Part shown: positions 9,417 through 20,000 of the stretch, in pieces | Position numbering within the stretch: position 1 is the first letter of the stretch | Layout: every line of letters begins with the position of its first letter | DNA from: an uncultured Chryseobacterium sp. | Lineage (GTDB): Bacteria > Bacteroidota > Bacteroidia > Flavobacteriales_C > GCA-002722245 | Direction of reading: 5' to 3' | DNA: 64,000 nt | Assembly: GCA_964406465.1 (NCBI GenBank) | Contig: CAYORT010000001.1 | Span: 157,144 to 221,143, forward strand | Position numbers and translations under genes: made by a program | The notes under the pieces: model-generated | The model's database searches: none | Told to the model about the DNA's origin: nothing | The model's input: the letters and a program-made list of their open reading frames with translations, nothing else

Positions 9417-10454
9417 GTGAATGCTCAACAAAACATACGACATCTAACACAAGATGAGTTAAAAGAAAGTTTTATTTCTTTTGGCGAAAAGGCCTTTCGT
9501 GCTAAGCAAGTATATGAATGGTTGTGGAAAAAATCGGTGACTTCTTTCGATGAAATGACAAGTTTGTCTATTCCCTTACGAGCACAACTAAAGGAGAAGT
9601 TTTTCATACCAGGAGTACAAATTCATAAATCGCAGATTAGCAGCGACAGAACCATAAAAAATGCTTTTAAATTGCATGACGGATTTATTGTAGAAGGAGT
9701 GCTAATTCCCACCGATACGCGAATGACAGCTTGTATTTCTTCTCAAGTAGGTTGCAGTTTAACTTGCAAATTTTGTGCGACAGGAAGATTAAAAAGAGAG
9801 CGAAATATCGAGTTTGATGAGATCTATGATCAAGTGGTTTTGATTAAAAATCAGGCCATGAAGCAATACAATTTACCACTTACCAATATCGTGTATATGG
9901 GAATGGGGGAGCCACTGCTTAATTATAAGAATACCTTGGCTTCTATTGAAAAAATTACTTCACCAGAGGGCTTGGGAATGTCGCCTCAAAGAATTACCGT
10001 TTCCACTGCAGGTGTTGCTAAGATGATTCAAAAGTTGGGTGACGATCAAGTTAAGTTCAATTTAGCCTTATCACTTCACGCCGCCAACGATGAGAAGAGA
10101 AATAAGATTATGCCCATCAATGAGCAAAATTCTTTGGAGTCATTAGCTTCGGCCCTTACCTATTTCTACCAAAAAACGGGAACAAGGCCTACTTTTGAGT
10201 TTATTGTTTTTAAAGATTTTAATGATGGAATAGAAGATGCTGCTGATTTGGCGCGTTTTGCGAAGAATATTCCTTGTAAGATAAACATCATCGAATATAA
10301 CCCTATAGAAGATGGTGAATTTCAGCAAACTACACCCGATAGATTAAAACGTTTCTCCTCCTTTTTAGAGAGTAAGAATTTAGTAGTTAATGTGAGAAGA
10401 AGTCGTGGAAAGGATATCGATGCAGCATGCGGGCAGTTGGCCAACAAGCATTAA
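9417..10454 (+). CDS. rlmN: 23S rRNA (adenine2503-C2)-methyltransferase RlmN (radical SAM)
   Basis: A CxxxCxxC radical-SAM motif (CSLTCKFCATG) is present. The conserved N-terminus (LTQDELKE...FRAKQVYEWLW) starts at the in-frame GTG at 9417; the ORF-track extension upstream is unlikely. Confidence 0.9.
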   Translation: MNAQQNIRHLTQDELKESFISFGEKAFRAKQVYEWLWKKSVTSFDEMTSLSIPLRAQLKEKFFIPGVQIHKSQISSDRTIKNAFKLHDGFIVEGVLIPTDTRMTACISSQVGCSLTCKFCATGRLKRERNIEFDEIYDQVVLIKNQAMKQYNLPLTNIVYMGMGEPLLNYKNTLASIEKITSPEGLGMSPQRITVSTAGVAKMIQKLGDDQVKFNLALSLHAANDEKRNKIMPINEQNSLESLASALTYFYQKTGTRPTFEFIVFKDFNDGIEDAADLARFAKNIPCKINIIEYNPIEDGEFQQTTPDRLKRFSSFLESKNLVVNVRRSRGKDIDAACGQLANKH

Positions 10455-10792
10455 TTTGACTTAGAAATTCTTTTCGATTGTAATCCGTTTGATTGAAAAT
10501 GGGTATGATTTTGAAAATTTGACAAAATATGGCACAAAATTTTGAAGAAATTAGACTATCACAGCGATTTACAAAACTAATTATGACTTGAAAGAATCAT
10601 TTTCTGAAGAACAGTATCATGTTAGAATGGTTAAGGAAAATGGTTTGGTTTTTTCTATTTAAGTGGTTAAAAATTGGCTATTTTGAGGGGCATCTTATTG
10701 CACTTTTTAACATTCAATTGATGATAAAGCAACTAAGTAAGTTTTAAGACGTAAACGGGATAGGGTTAATCTTGCATTGTAATTATACTATT

Positions 10793-11837
10793 ATGAAAAA
10801 ATTAAAATTGTTGTGGGTGATTGTTGCTGTTCTAATCTTAAATGAGGCACGAGCAACAGATTATTATTCAAGAGCGAACGGGTCGAATACTTGGTCTTAT
10901 ACCAACGGTGGAGCCGATTGTGGTTGTACACCAGCTAGTGATGATGGCTGGTTGGGTACAGGCGATAATGTATATGTAAACCATAAAACAATTACATCTC
11001 CTAACTTTAGTATTACTGGAACACCTAACGTTCAAATAAACTCTGGCGGACACTGGTATGTTAATGGATCATTGTCTATTAATGGCGGACACTGGACGAT
11101 TGCTTCGGGCGCTTTTTTTACCGTGAATGGTTCGGTGACCGACGTATTGGCAAACTCTATTACAATCAACGGTAGAATGTATGTTACTGGGGCTATGACA
11201 AATGATATTAATATTACTGGTACCGGTAGTTTGAGGGTGGATGGTGCTTGGACAAATAACGCGTCTATTGGATCGGTGACATTACCAGTTGAGTTAACAT
11301 CTTTTGAGGCAGAAAAAAAATCGAAATAAAGTTGATATCAAATGGTCTACTGCAAGTGAGTTGAATAGTGATTTCTATTCGGTAACAAGATCAGATAATG
11401 GTGTAGACTTTTTAAGCATAGGAACTAAGCCTGCAGCAGGTTTTAGCAACTCATTGTTGAACTATAGTTTTACAGATGAGAATCCGCTTAAAGGATTAAA
11501 TTATTATCAATTGATAGAATATGATATGGATGGCCAAACACAGAGTTCGGGTATAGTCACTGTGAATTTTTTAGGCGAGGAAAATATGATTGCGCAATTG
11601 TTCCCCAATCCGAGTGCCGATATCGTCTCGCTTTACTTTAACTCATCCAGCGCAGGTTCATACCGGCTAATGCTAATAGATATCTCGGGCAATGAGCTGT
11701 ATTCGGCGCAGGTGGCCGCAATGCCAGGTGAAAATAAATTCACAATTTCCTTGCTGCCTTATCCCGATGCTCAGTACTTTGTGCGGCTTAGCGATTCGAG
11801 TGGATTGAGTTCATCGGTCCCCATCATAAAAAAATAG
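10793..11837 (+). pseudogene. T9SS (Por) type A C-terminal-sorting-domain protein with a beta-helix-like N-terminal region, interrupted by a +1 frameshift in an A8 tract
   Basis: Two adjacent ORFs (10772..11329 and 11304..11837) sit in different frames. Removing one A from the A8 run at 11313-11320 gives a continuous product ...VELTSFEAEKNRNKVDIKWSTASELNSDFYSVTRSDNG... that ends in a Por secretion-tail motif (LFPNPSADIVSLYF...). The signal peptide is MKKLKLLWVIVAVLILNEARA. Confidence 0.7.
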
Positions 11838-11856
11838 CACTTCATAATATAGAATT

Positions 11857-11887
11857 GAGCCGTGAAAATTATGTATTTTCACGGCTC
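11857..11887 (+). terminator. perfect 13 bp inverted repeat hairpin downstream of the T9SS gene
   Basis: gagccgtgaaaat (11857-11869) pairs with attttcacggctc (11875-11887) around the loop tatgt. There is no strong T-tract. The hairpin overlaps the ORF-track start of the next gene, which argues that gene really starts at 11889. Confidence 0.5.
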
Positions 11888-11888
11888 A

Positions 11889-12866
11889 ATGATTTCTATA
11901 TCTTCCATACAGGCTCCAATATCAAAAGAAATGGAGCAGTTTGAGAAAACTTTTCGATTGTCAATGAAAAGTTCAAATCCACTGTTGGATAAAATTACCT
12001 ACTTTATTGTAAAGCAAAAAGGCAAGCACGTGCGACCAATGTTTGTATTTCTATCGGCCAATCTATGTGGCGGCACAAGCGAGAGAACATATCGAGCGGC
12101 TTCATTGGTAGAAATGATTCATACAGCTACCTTGGTGCATGATGATGTGGTGGATGACTCAACTATACGTAGAGGTTTTTTCTCTATTAACGCCCTCTGG
12201 AAGAATAAAATAGCTGTTCTCGTAGGTGATTATCTATTGTCGAAAAGCCTTCAATTATCAGCCGATAATGATGATTTTGATTTTTTAAAAATTCTTTCGT
12301 CGGCAACTAAAGAAATGAGTGAAGGGGAGTTGCTTCAAATTGAAAAGGCCAGAAGATTAGATATTGATGAATCTGTTTATTTTGAAATTATTCGTCAGAA
12401 AACAGCCACGCTAATTGCTTCATGTTGTGCTACAGGCGCTTCTTCAGCAGGTGCTTCTGCAGAGTTGGTGCAGAAGATGAAAGTATTGGGAGAGAAGGTA
12501 GGTATAGCTTTTCAAATTAAAGATGATTTGTTTGATTACGAAGCGCAACTAAGTATCTTAGGTAAGCCAGTGGGAATAGACATTAAAGAGCGAAAAATGA
12601 CTTTACCCCTTATTTATACTTTGAATAAGGTGAGTAGAAGCGAAAAAAGATGGATGATCAATACAGTGAAAAATCCCAATGAAGATTCGAAGAGGGTGAA
12701 GGAACTAATACAGAAAGTAAAGGATAATGGTGGATTAGATTATGCTCGCGAAAAGATGATGAAATATAGGGAAGAAGCAATCGAAATATTGCATACTTTT
12801 CCCGATTCTCCTTCACGCAAATCATTCATCGATTTAGTTATTTTTAGTACCGAAAGAAGCAAATAA
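11889..12866 (+). CDS. polyprenyl diphosphate synthase (octaprenyl/solanesyl-PP synthase, IspB-like)
   Basis: The first aspartate-rich motif is LVHDDVVDDSTIRRG and the second is in the KDDLFDY region. The start was moved to the ATG at 11889, after the upstream hairpin. Confidence 0.85.
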   Translation: MISISSIQAPISKEMEQFEKTFRLSMKSSNPLLDKITYFIVKQKGKHVRPMFVFLSANLCGGTSERTYRAASLVEMIHTATLVHDDVVDDSTIRRGFFSINALWKNKIAVLVGDYLLSKSLQLSADNDDFDFLKILSSATKEMSEGELLQIEKARRLDIDESVYFEIIRQKTATLIASCCATGASSAGASAELVQKMKVLGEKVGIAFQIKDDLFDYEAQLSILGKPVGIDIKERKMTLPLIYTLNKVSRSEKRWMINTVKNPNEDSKRVKELIQKVKDNGGLDYAREKMMKYREEAIEILHTFPDSPSRKSFIDLVIFSTERSK

Positions 12867-12867
12867 G

Positions 12868-13677
12868 ATGAGCAAAGTAAGTAAGATATTTCAAGGTATT
12901 AGGGCGCTCATCAAGCAGCCTAGTCTGATCAATCTTATTTTAGATTCTTCTGAATTCCATCGAAAAGTAGTTGCCCATAAATATCCTCACATAGAGAAAG
13001 GTTTACCGCAAATTTCTTTTGCGCATTTAGCCAACAGTAGCAAAATTAAAGTGATGCCGTTTGCCTTTCTAGAAGGCGGATCATTACCTACTGATTTGGC
13101 TTTGCTAAAAATTTTGGCGCAAAAAAATCAGTCATGTACTTATTTTGAAATTGGAACTTGGCGTGGTGAAAGTGTTGCCAATGTGGCTTCTGTAGCCGAT
13201 AAATGTTATACATTAAACTTGTCGGCCGAAGAAATGCGGAAGATGGGACTGAAAAAAGAGTACATCGACTTACACGCCTTTTTTTCGAAGAATTTACCCA
13301 ATGTTGAGCATTTGCAAGGACATTCGCATACTTTTGATTTTAGTGCGTTTAAGCATAAAATTGACTTAATTTTTGTAGATGGTGACCACCACTACGAAAG
13401 TGTTTTGAAAGATTCAAGAACTGCTTTTTCTTTGTTGAAGGATGAGCAATCGATGATAGTATGGCATGATTATACTGCCGGACCGGAAATCATTCGTTAT
13501 GAGGTTTTTCGCGGAATTTGGGAAGGAACACCGGTAGAGAAAAGAAAGCATTTGTACAAAGTTGAAAATACGCAATGCGCTGTTTATTATCCTTTTGAAA
13601 TTAAGTCAAGAGAGGTGGAGTATCCTCAACAACCATCGGTTAGTTTTGATGTAGAACTAAATGTTATTTCCCTATAA
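12868..13677 (+). CDS. class I SAM-dependent methyltransferase (TylF/MycF-like O-methyltransferase family)
   Basis: FEIGTWRGES and IDLIFVDGDHHYESV resemble the Methyltransf_24/TylF signature. Confidence 0.65.
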   Translation: MSKVSKIFQGIRALIKQPSLINLILDSSEFHRKVVAHKYPHIEKGLPQISFAHLANSSKIKVMPFAFLEGGSLPTDLALLKILAQKNQSCTYFEIGTWRGESVANVASVADKCYTLNLSAEEMRKMGLKKEYIDLHAFFSKNLPNVEHLQGHSHTFDFSAFKHKIDLIFVDGDHHYESVLKDSRTAFSLLKDEQSMIVWHDYTAGPEIIRYEVFRGIWEGTPVEKRKHLYKVENTQCAVYYPFEIKSREVEYPQQPSVSFDVELNVISL

Positions 13678-15247
13678 CATTCCACTGAATTTCCATTTCC
13701 CAATTGCCCCTAACTGTTAATGGCTTTTCATAGAAAATTATTTTCTCTGGTTGCGCATGCAGATAATAGTTTCCAGTATCCCATGTTTTGTTACCGTTTG
13801 CATCTAAAAGCAGCTTAATTTGATATTCATCTGCAATCAAATTTCTATAGTGAAACATCACATTGTTTTTGCTAAAGTATTCTTCTCTCACCATCTCGCC
13901 CTTTGATGAAATTAACTGCAAAACGTAGGGTCCTTGCATATCCTTGATATCAACTTTTAGTTCAAGTTCACCAACATTACTTTCGCTTAGAAGGGTAAAC
14001 GGAATAGACAAGCTATCGACATTTGATTTGCCATAGATATCTAATAGTCCACCAACAGGAATTTTTAAAAGAGCAGAGCTGCTTTCTTCTTGAGAACAAT
14101 TCAATACTAAATTGTATTGTGAAACTTTAATGTCGCAGGGTAAAAAAGTGCTGTCTTTTTTAACCTTTATATCTTTTGTGTTTATAGATGCTAAAGGGTA
14201 ATTGAAGTTTATTCTTAAGGAATCGTTGGGTAGCACTTCCAACTTCTTACGCGCAAGAACGGGTTTTAATTTGGCTGCATATTGATTTTTAGCCTCTTTG
14301 GCGTGAAATGCAATGGTGTCGGTAAACAAGCCATCTTTTACTACTATGTTAATGTGGTCATCTTCTGTGAGAGATTTAAACCAAATTACGGCGCTATCTC
14401 CATTGTTAAATTTCTCAATATGATGCAGTTTTTCTTTCTCAACCTCAATCGATGGGTTTATCGTTTTATTTCGAAAAGAAATGGAATAGGCTTGCTCGTT
14501 GATGTATTTTGAGCTTTTTAAATTTTGTTTGTCATTTTTTTCTAAGAATGCTGCAAGGTTAATTTTTTCAATATCCTGCTGAACCTCAAGAGGAGCTGTA
14601 TTGTATGCAATTTTTTCATTTGGCAAGTCAAATAGATAATTGCTGTTCATGTCTTGAAGCGCAAAAATTCTGTAGCTACCTTCATGAATATGATTGATTT
14701 TAAAACTCCCGTCTTTGTTGGTTTTAGCAAAATAAGTGGGAATTTCTTTACCAACAGCTGAGTCTTTTAAATTGCTGTGTAGCATTACAATCATATTTCC
14801 TTCTGGTGTTGAATTGTAGCCGTTTTTTACAAATCCCGATACAGAAATCGAGTCTAATTTTGGTCCGGTTGAGAAAACGAACATGTTTTCTGTCCACACA
14901 TTTTTTTCAGTATAATCTCTAATGCCATCGCCAAAATACATGGTGTAGGTAGTGTTTTCCCGCAATAGGCTGTCGAAAGTGAGTATTACTGTTTTCCCAT
15001 GTATTTCTGCTTTTGGAAGAGGTTTAACCAATGGGGAAATTACCAATTGCTGTGGTAAATTGTTTAGTTCAACATACTCGTTAAAAGTAAGCTCAATTCT
15101 TGTCTTTTTGAATAAAGTATCTCCGTTTCCCGGAGTACTTTTTACCAGTTTAGGAGGCATAACATCTTTGTCGCCTCCGCTAAGTGAGCCAATTTGAGCG
15201 CAGGAGCTCAAAAAAACAAGGGCAATGATGTATGCGATTTGTTTCAC
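13664..15247 (-). CDS. Ig-like domain-containing lipoprotein
   Basis: The product has a lipoprotein signal (FLSSCAQ) and an N-terminal Ig-like (SbsA-type) segment (MPPKLVKSTPGNGDTL...TVILTF). Confidence 0.6.
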   Translation of the reverse strand: MKQIAYIIALVFLSSCAQIGSLSGGDKDVMPPKLVKSTPGNGDTLFKKTRIELTFNEYVELNNLPQQLVISPLVKPLPKAEIHGKTVILTFDSLLRENTTYTMYFGDGIRDYTEKNVWTENMFVFSTGPKLDSISVSGFVKNGYNSTPEGNMIVMLHSNLKDSAVGKEIPTYFAKTNKDGSFKINHIHEGSYRIFALQDMNSNYLFDLPNEKIAYNTAPLEVQQDIEKINLAAFLEKNDKQNLKSSKYINEQAYSISFRNKTINPSIEVEKEKLHHIEKFNNGDSAVIWFKSLTEDDHINIVVKDGLFTDTIAFHAKEAKNQYAAKLKPVLARKKLEVLPNDSLRINFNYPLASINTKDIKVKKDSTFLPCDIKVSQYNLVLNCSQEESSSALLKIPVGGLLDIYGKSNVDSLSIPFTLLSESNVGELELKVDIKDMQGPYVLQLISSKGEMVREEYFSKNNVMFHYRNLIADEYQIKLLLDANGNKTWDTGNYYLHAQPEKIIFYEKPLTVRGNWEMEIQWNVIGK

Positions 15248-15298
15248 CGCACAAACTTAGTGCATTAAAAGTTATTCTGCTAAGTACAGTTCAATTTT

Positions 15299-15994
15299 TT
15301 AAGCTTGAAGAGGGGCAAAGGCGATAGATGCGATTGAAATTTTGATGTGGTGTTTGGAGTGTATTGCATTGGCACAACTTTCTAGCGTTGCACCAGTGGT
15401 TATAACATCATCTACCAGCAAAATATGTTTAATATGTGGTGGAATCTCATGGTTTAAACCAAAGCTTTCATTGATATTTTGCCAGCGTGTAAACTTATTG
15501 AGTTTGGTTTGACTTTTCTTTTGCACCTTTCTCTGTAGTAGCTTAGGAAACACTGGTTTTTTCATTATTTGTTGTAAGCCTTTGGCAATCAGCTCACTTT
15601 GATTGAAGCCTCTTTTTCTTCGCTTTTTAAAGGTCATTGGTACCGGAACTATGGCATCAATATCCTGAAGTTCAGGAAGTAATAGTATTTTTTCTGCCAA
15701 TATTTTGCCTTCTTCTATGCCTATCTTTGGTACATTGTGGTATTTGAGATGATGCACCAATGATTGACACACTCCCCCCTGCAAAAAATGGTAGTTGCTA
15801 ATGGCCTTTTCAATTTTCGCTTTGCCATAGAAAAGTTGATCAATTTTATGAGATTCTTCACTGGTTGTATCGATAAGAGATAGCTCTGTTCTGCAAAACA
15901 CACACAAGTGTTGTTCTAGCTCGATTAGAGAAGATTTGCAATGAACACAATTGTGCCCAAAAATAAGGGAGAAAAAATCGCGAAAATGAAACAT
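15299..15994 (-). CDS. comF: ComF family protein (double zinc ribbon plus phosphoribosyltransferase domain)
   Basis: An N-terminal CxxC...CxxC region (CVHCKSS...CVFCRTEL) is followed by the C-terminal PRTase motif LLVDDVITTGATL. Confidence 0.8.
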   Translation of the reverse strand: MFHFRDFFSLIFGHNCVHCKSSLIELEQHLCVFCRTELSLIDTTSEESHKIDQLFYGKAKIEKAISNYHFLQGGVCQSLVHHLKYHNVPKIGIEEGKILAEKILLLPELQDIDAIVPVPMTFKKRRKRGFNQSELIAKGLQQIMKKPVFPKLLQRKVQKKSQTKLNKFTRWQNINESFGLNHEIPPHIKHILLVDDVITTGATLESCANAIHSKHHIKISIASIAFAPLQA

Positions 15995-16065
15995 TGTTTA
16001 GTTAGCGGAAAAAATCTGTACAAGAATAACAATAAATAATTATATTTGCTCAAAGGTGCATTTTA

Positions 16066-17010
16066 ATGTCTGATTTTATGGAAGAGAAGCAAGAAGAAAA
16101 GAAGAAAAAAAGAGGAGGGTTAATCATTATTATTTTGGTTGCTGTTATTGCATTGCTGTTGTGCACATCACTATTTTTTGGATGGCAGTTGAGCAGTGAA
16201 CAAGATAAAGTGATTGTGAAGGAGAAAGACAACCACGAGAAAGATTCTAAGATTGCGAAGTTGAGAGCAACCTTGAAGTTGACTGAGGATATGTTGGCTG
16301 AGTCGAAAACAGGTGAAGCTGATAAGGACGAAAAACTTAAAGCGAAGGAAGAAGAAATTATGGCCCTTAAGGCTAAGTTAGATGCCTTCGAGAAAGAAGG
16401 TATTGGTAGTCCGGAGGATTTTGCAAAAATTAAAGTTGAGCTTTGGAAGCTTAGAAGCGATATTAGAGAATTGAGAAAACAAAACGCTGAATTATTAGCA
16501 GCGAATGAGCAGCTAAAATCTGATGTTCAGCAAAAAGCAGCTAAAATTTCTGGCTTAGAAGGCGACGCTAAATTAACGGCCGCTGAACTAGCTCAAACCA
16601 GAGCAAAGGCTACTTTAGGAGCAAAAATTTTAGGTAGAGATTTTCAAGCGGAAGGGGTTAGACAAAGAAGAGGTGGTGAGAAAAACACCAGAAATCCTAG
16701 AAGTGTAGAAAGATTAAGATTGACTTTCACTTTGAATGAAAATCCGATTGCTAAAGCTGGTTTAAAAACTATTTATTTGAGAGCATTGGCGCCAGACAAC
16801 TCAGTATTGAGCAATGGTGGAAGTACTTTCCCTTTCCAGGGTTCAAGCATTCAATACACCGATAAATTAGACATTGATTATGCAAACGTTGATAAAGATG
16901 TATTTATGTATGCATCTCCTTACACTCACCAGTTTGTTAGCGGTAAATACACATTAGAAGCTTACATGGACGGTTATTTAATTGGAACCGCAACTGTTGA
17001 GTTGAAATAA
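16066..17010 (+). CDS. membrane-anchored coiled-coil protein with a C-terminal beta-rich domain (hypothetical)
   Basis: A charged N-terminus and a single TM helix (LIIIILVAVIALLLCTSLFF) are followed by about 150 aa of heptad-like K/E/A-rich sequence and then a Y/G-rich C-terminal domain. Confidence 0.5.
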   Translation: MSDFMEEKQEEKKKKRGGLIIIILVAVIALLLCTSLFFGWQLSSEQDKVIVKEKDNHEKDSKIAKLRATLKLTEDMLAESKTGEADKDEKLKAKEEEIMALKAKLDAFEKEGIGSPEDFAKIKVELWKLRSDIRELRKQNAELLAANEQLKSDVQQKAAKISGLEGDAKLTAAELAQTRAKATLGAKILGRDFQAEGVRQRRGGEKNTRNPRSVERLRLTFTLNENPIAKAGLKTIYLRALAPDNSVLSNGGSTFPFQGSSIQYTDKLDIDYANVDKDVFMYASPYTHQFVSGKYTLEAYMDGYLIGTATVELK

Positions 17011-17014
17011 GAAA

Positions 17015-20000
17015 TTAGAACATCATTTGAACTTGAACACCTCCGATATGAACGGGGGTGTTTTTGTTTGATGCCCTTCCGGTATAGTTTAAGCTAATTT
17101 GCATGTTGTTCGCCAAGCGACTTTGTAGAGTCATCGTCCACGTAAAGTTATCTCCTCTGTGCAATCCTTCCAACATTTCAAATTCAAGAGGAGAGCTGTT
17201 CTCTGTAGTTTTATTGTAATTAATACTGATGTAGTTGAAACTAGCGTCTAATCGACCCTTATTGCTTAAATTGTAGGTCATTTCCATACCGTATTGGTTC
17301 ACAATAGTTTTTTCGGTGCCGTAACTAGGGTCGTTGGTCTTTTGTTTATAGTTATAGAGTAGGGATATACGTAGGTTGTTGTTGGGTTGTAAAGTTAATT
17401 TCGGACTAGCGATGTAACTGTGGATTTTAAAGTCGGTGATGGAAAAGAATTGAGAAATTTTTAGTTTATCCTGCTCCTCAGCGTTCAGCAATAGCGACCA
17501 TCTTTTTTGGAAGTTCCAGCGAATATTTATCGATTTAGACTGCAATTCACGCGCTTCCACCCCCGACGTAAGTAAATTCTTGTTTTGATTATTACTGTAA
17601 GTGATGTCAATACTATAAATAGGGTTACCTCTATTGAAGAATAATGTATTTCTAAATGATCCGGTGGTGCTAATAAGAGAAGTATCGCTAACGCTTCTCG
17701 AATAGGGTAAATACGCTTGTTCTATTGTGGTTTTACCACTTTTCATCAAGGTTCTATAGGCCAGCTGATTGTGAAATTTAGAAACGAATTTCGGCAATCC
17801 TTTCACCGATGAGCCTCTAAACAACTGTGCGAACTGAATATTCAATACTTCATTGAATTGTGTTGAATATGTTTTTACATATTCGTTGGTTGGTGTGAAC
17901 ACCTTAATGTATTTAGCTTGATCATTAAATTTTGCAATCTCAAATTCGTTGAGTTGTTGCACGCCATCGTTGTTATAATCTATCCAAGCGTAGGTACCCT
18001 GTCCCGTTGCTACTTGTAAGTAAGAATATTCTCTTTTTATTTCCAATCCCGAACCAAATTCATAGTAGGCTTTTGAATTGATTAAAGATCTAAGAATATT
18101 AAAGTTTAAATCGATTCTATTCAACAAGGTGTTTTCGGGTCTTTTGGTAGGACTTAAAGTTGAATCGTTAATTCTTAAAGCGCGATAGGTAGAGGATAAA
18201 CTTAACTGTACAATTTTGTTTTGATTAAAAACACTTTTTGCTTGAAGGTTGTCGGCAACAGTACTTTGTTGTATAAGATTATTCTTTACTCCATAATCTA
18301 CTCTTCTTTCATAACCTAAGTTGAAGCTATTTTTTAGATGTTCAGCCGTGGAAATAAAAACGCCGTTTTGCTGATAAACGAAGCTGGAATGAAGGAGCGT
18401 ATCTACTTGTGCATTGCTAATTCTATTGTTTTCTTGCTCAACATTTACGCCCAACACAAACAATCCTACCTTTTGAGAAAGCGTTCCTTTGTATCTAATA
18501 AATTGCGTGTTCACAGCATTACCATAGCTTTTTAACGCACTAGCATTTCCAAATAGGGAAGACCCAATTTTGTTTGCATATTTGAAATCACTGCTGGCTT
18601 TCAATCCCGTGTAATAAGCACCTTTAGTAAAGATGGATGCCCCAAGGTTAATGCTTTTACGAGAACCTTTATACAGCTCTAATTTTGCCACACCAAAGTG
18701 TTCGGTTTCATTTATGTTTGCAATGGAGGTAATATTCCAATCTCTTTCAAATTCGGTGCTTCTAAAGCGCTCAATGCCCGAAAAGTTCTTTTGAATCAAT
18801 TGATAATCTGCGCTGGTTTTTAGTGCTAGGGTATTGGTGTCACCTTTTTTATGGTTTTCAAAATGCAGTTGAATGGCTGTTCCAACATCGTCGTTTTTGT
18901 CTTTGTTTGAAAATAGGTTTACATTTTTATTACTTACCGCAATTTCTCCATCAATTACGGTATTGGGAGCAATTTTGTAATTAGCTCCCAAAGTAGCCAT
19001 TTGCCTTTGTTTAGGAGTGATGATAAGCGTTTGTGGCTCGTATCTTCCTTGTGGAATTCCATTAATTGGAGCGACCCATTTGTAAGTTCTTCCATTTACC
19101 GATGTGTTGGCAAAAACGTAATTTCCTTTTCCCTGTCCGAAATCACTAAAAGCCAACCTATACTTAGCTTTATTCGCATCGGTAGAATATTCGTAAATAC
19201 TGTAAGTGATGGCATTTACGGTGGTATCTTTTTTTTCATACAGCACATAGTTGGCTGAGTATGCCATGCTATCAATATTGGGAGAAAGTGCGAACTGAAT
19301 GCTGTCGCCAACTTGCTGAAGAATTAGTAGTTCGTCATCGCTTAATTTCTGCTGCAATTGCTGCCCTTTTACATCTTGTTCGCTGTACAAATTGAAAGTG
19401 ACATTTCCTTTTTTAAAGCTAAACTCATTTTTGGCGTGAAGAAGAGTTCGAGTGTAGTTCTTATCAGAGTATTGAAATTCAACAATAATTCGCTTGTCTT
19501 TGGTGATCAATTGTTGTGATGTGAAGGTGATTTCTGCATTGTTATAGTCTATGATATAGTCGTAATTCTGACCCCTAGTTAAAAGTTTACCATCGATATA
19601 AATTTTCTCTGTTCCCGATAACACGATGATAAAACTTTCATTCTCTGCGCCCTGCAGTTTGTAGGGACCCTGATTGCCTTCCACTCCGTTTATTTGGTAG
19701 CGTGAAAATTTTCCTTTAGAAAGCGCAATATTAATATCGGCATGGTGAACGGGCTGAAAACCACTTTTAAGTTGGGGCATTTTGTATTCTGATGAAAAGC
19801 TAATCCCTTGGGCTTTTTTGTTGAATTTCAAGAACTTGTCTTTTGTTTCTATGATTTGAAAATCGCCGGTAAGTAAGCGTGTATTCTTCTTTTTAAACTG
19901 AATGTAGACTTTATCAAATTCTTGCAACTGTTGGGTGTTTCCATCGGCCTGAATAGGTATGGTGTTATCTGAAATAGCTGCAAGAATTTCAATATCGTCG

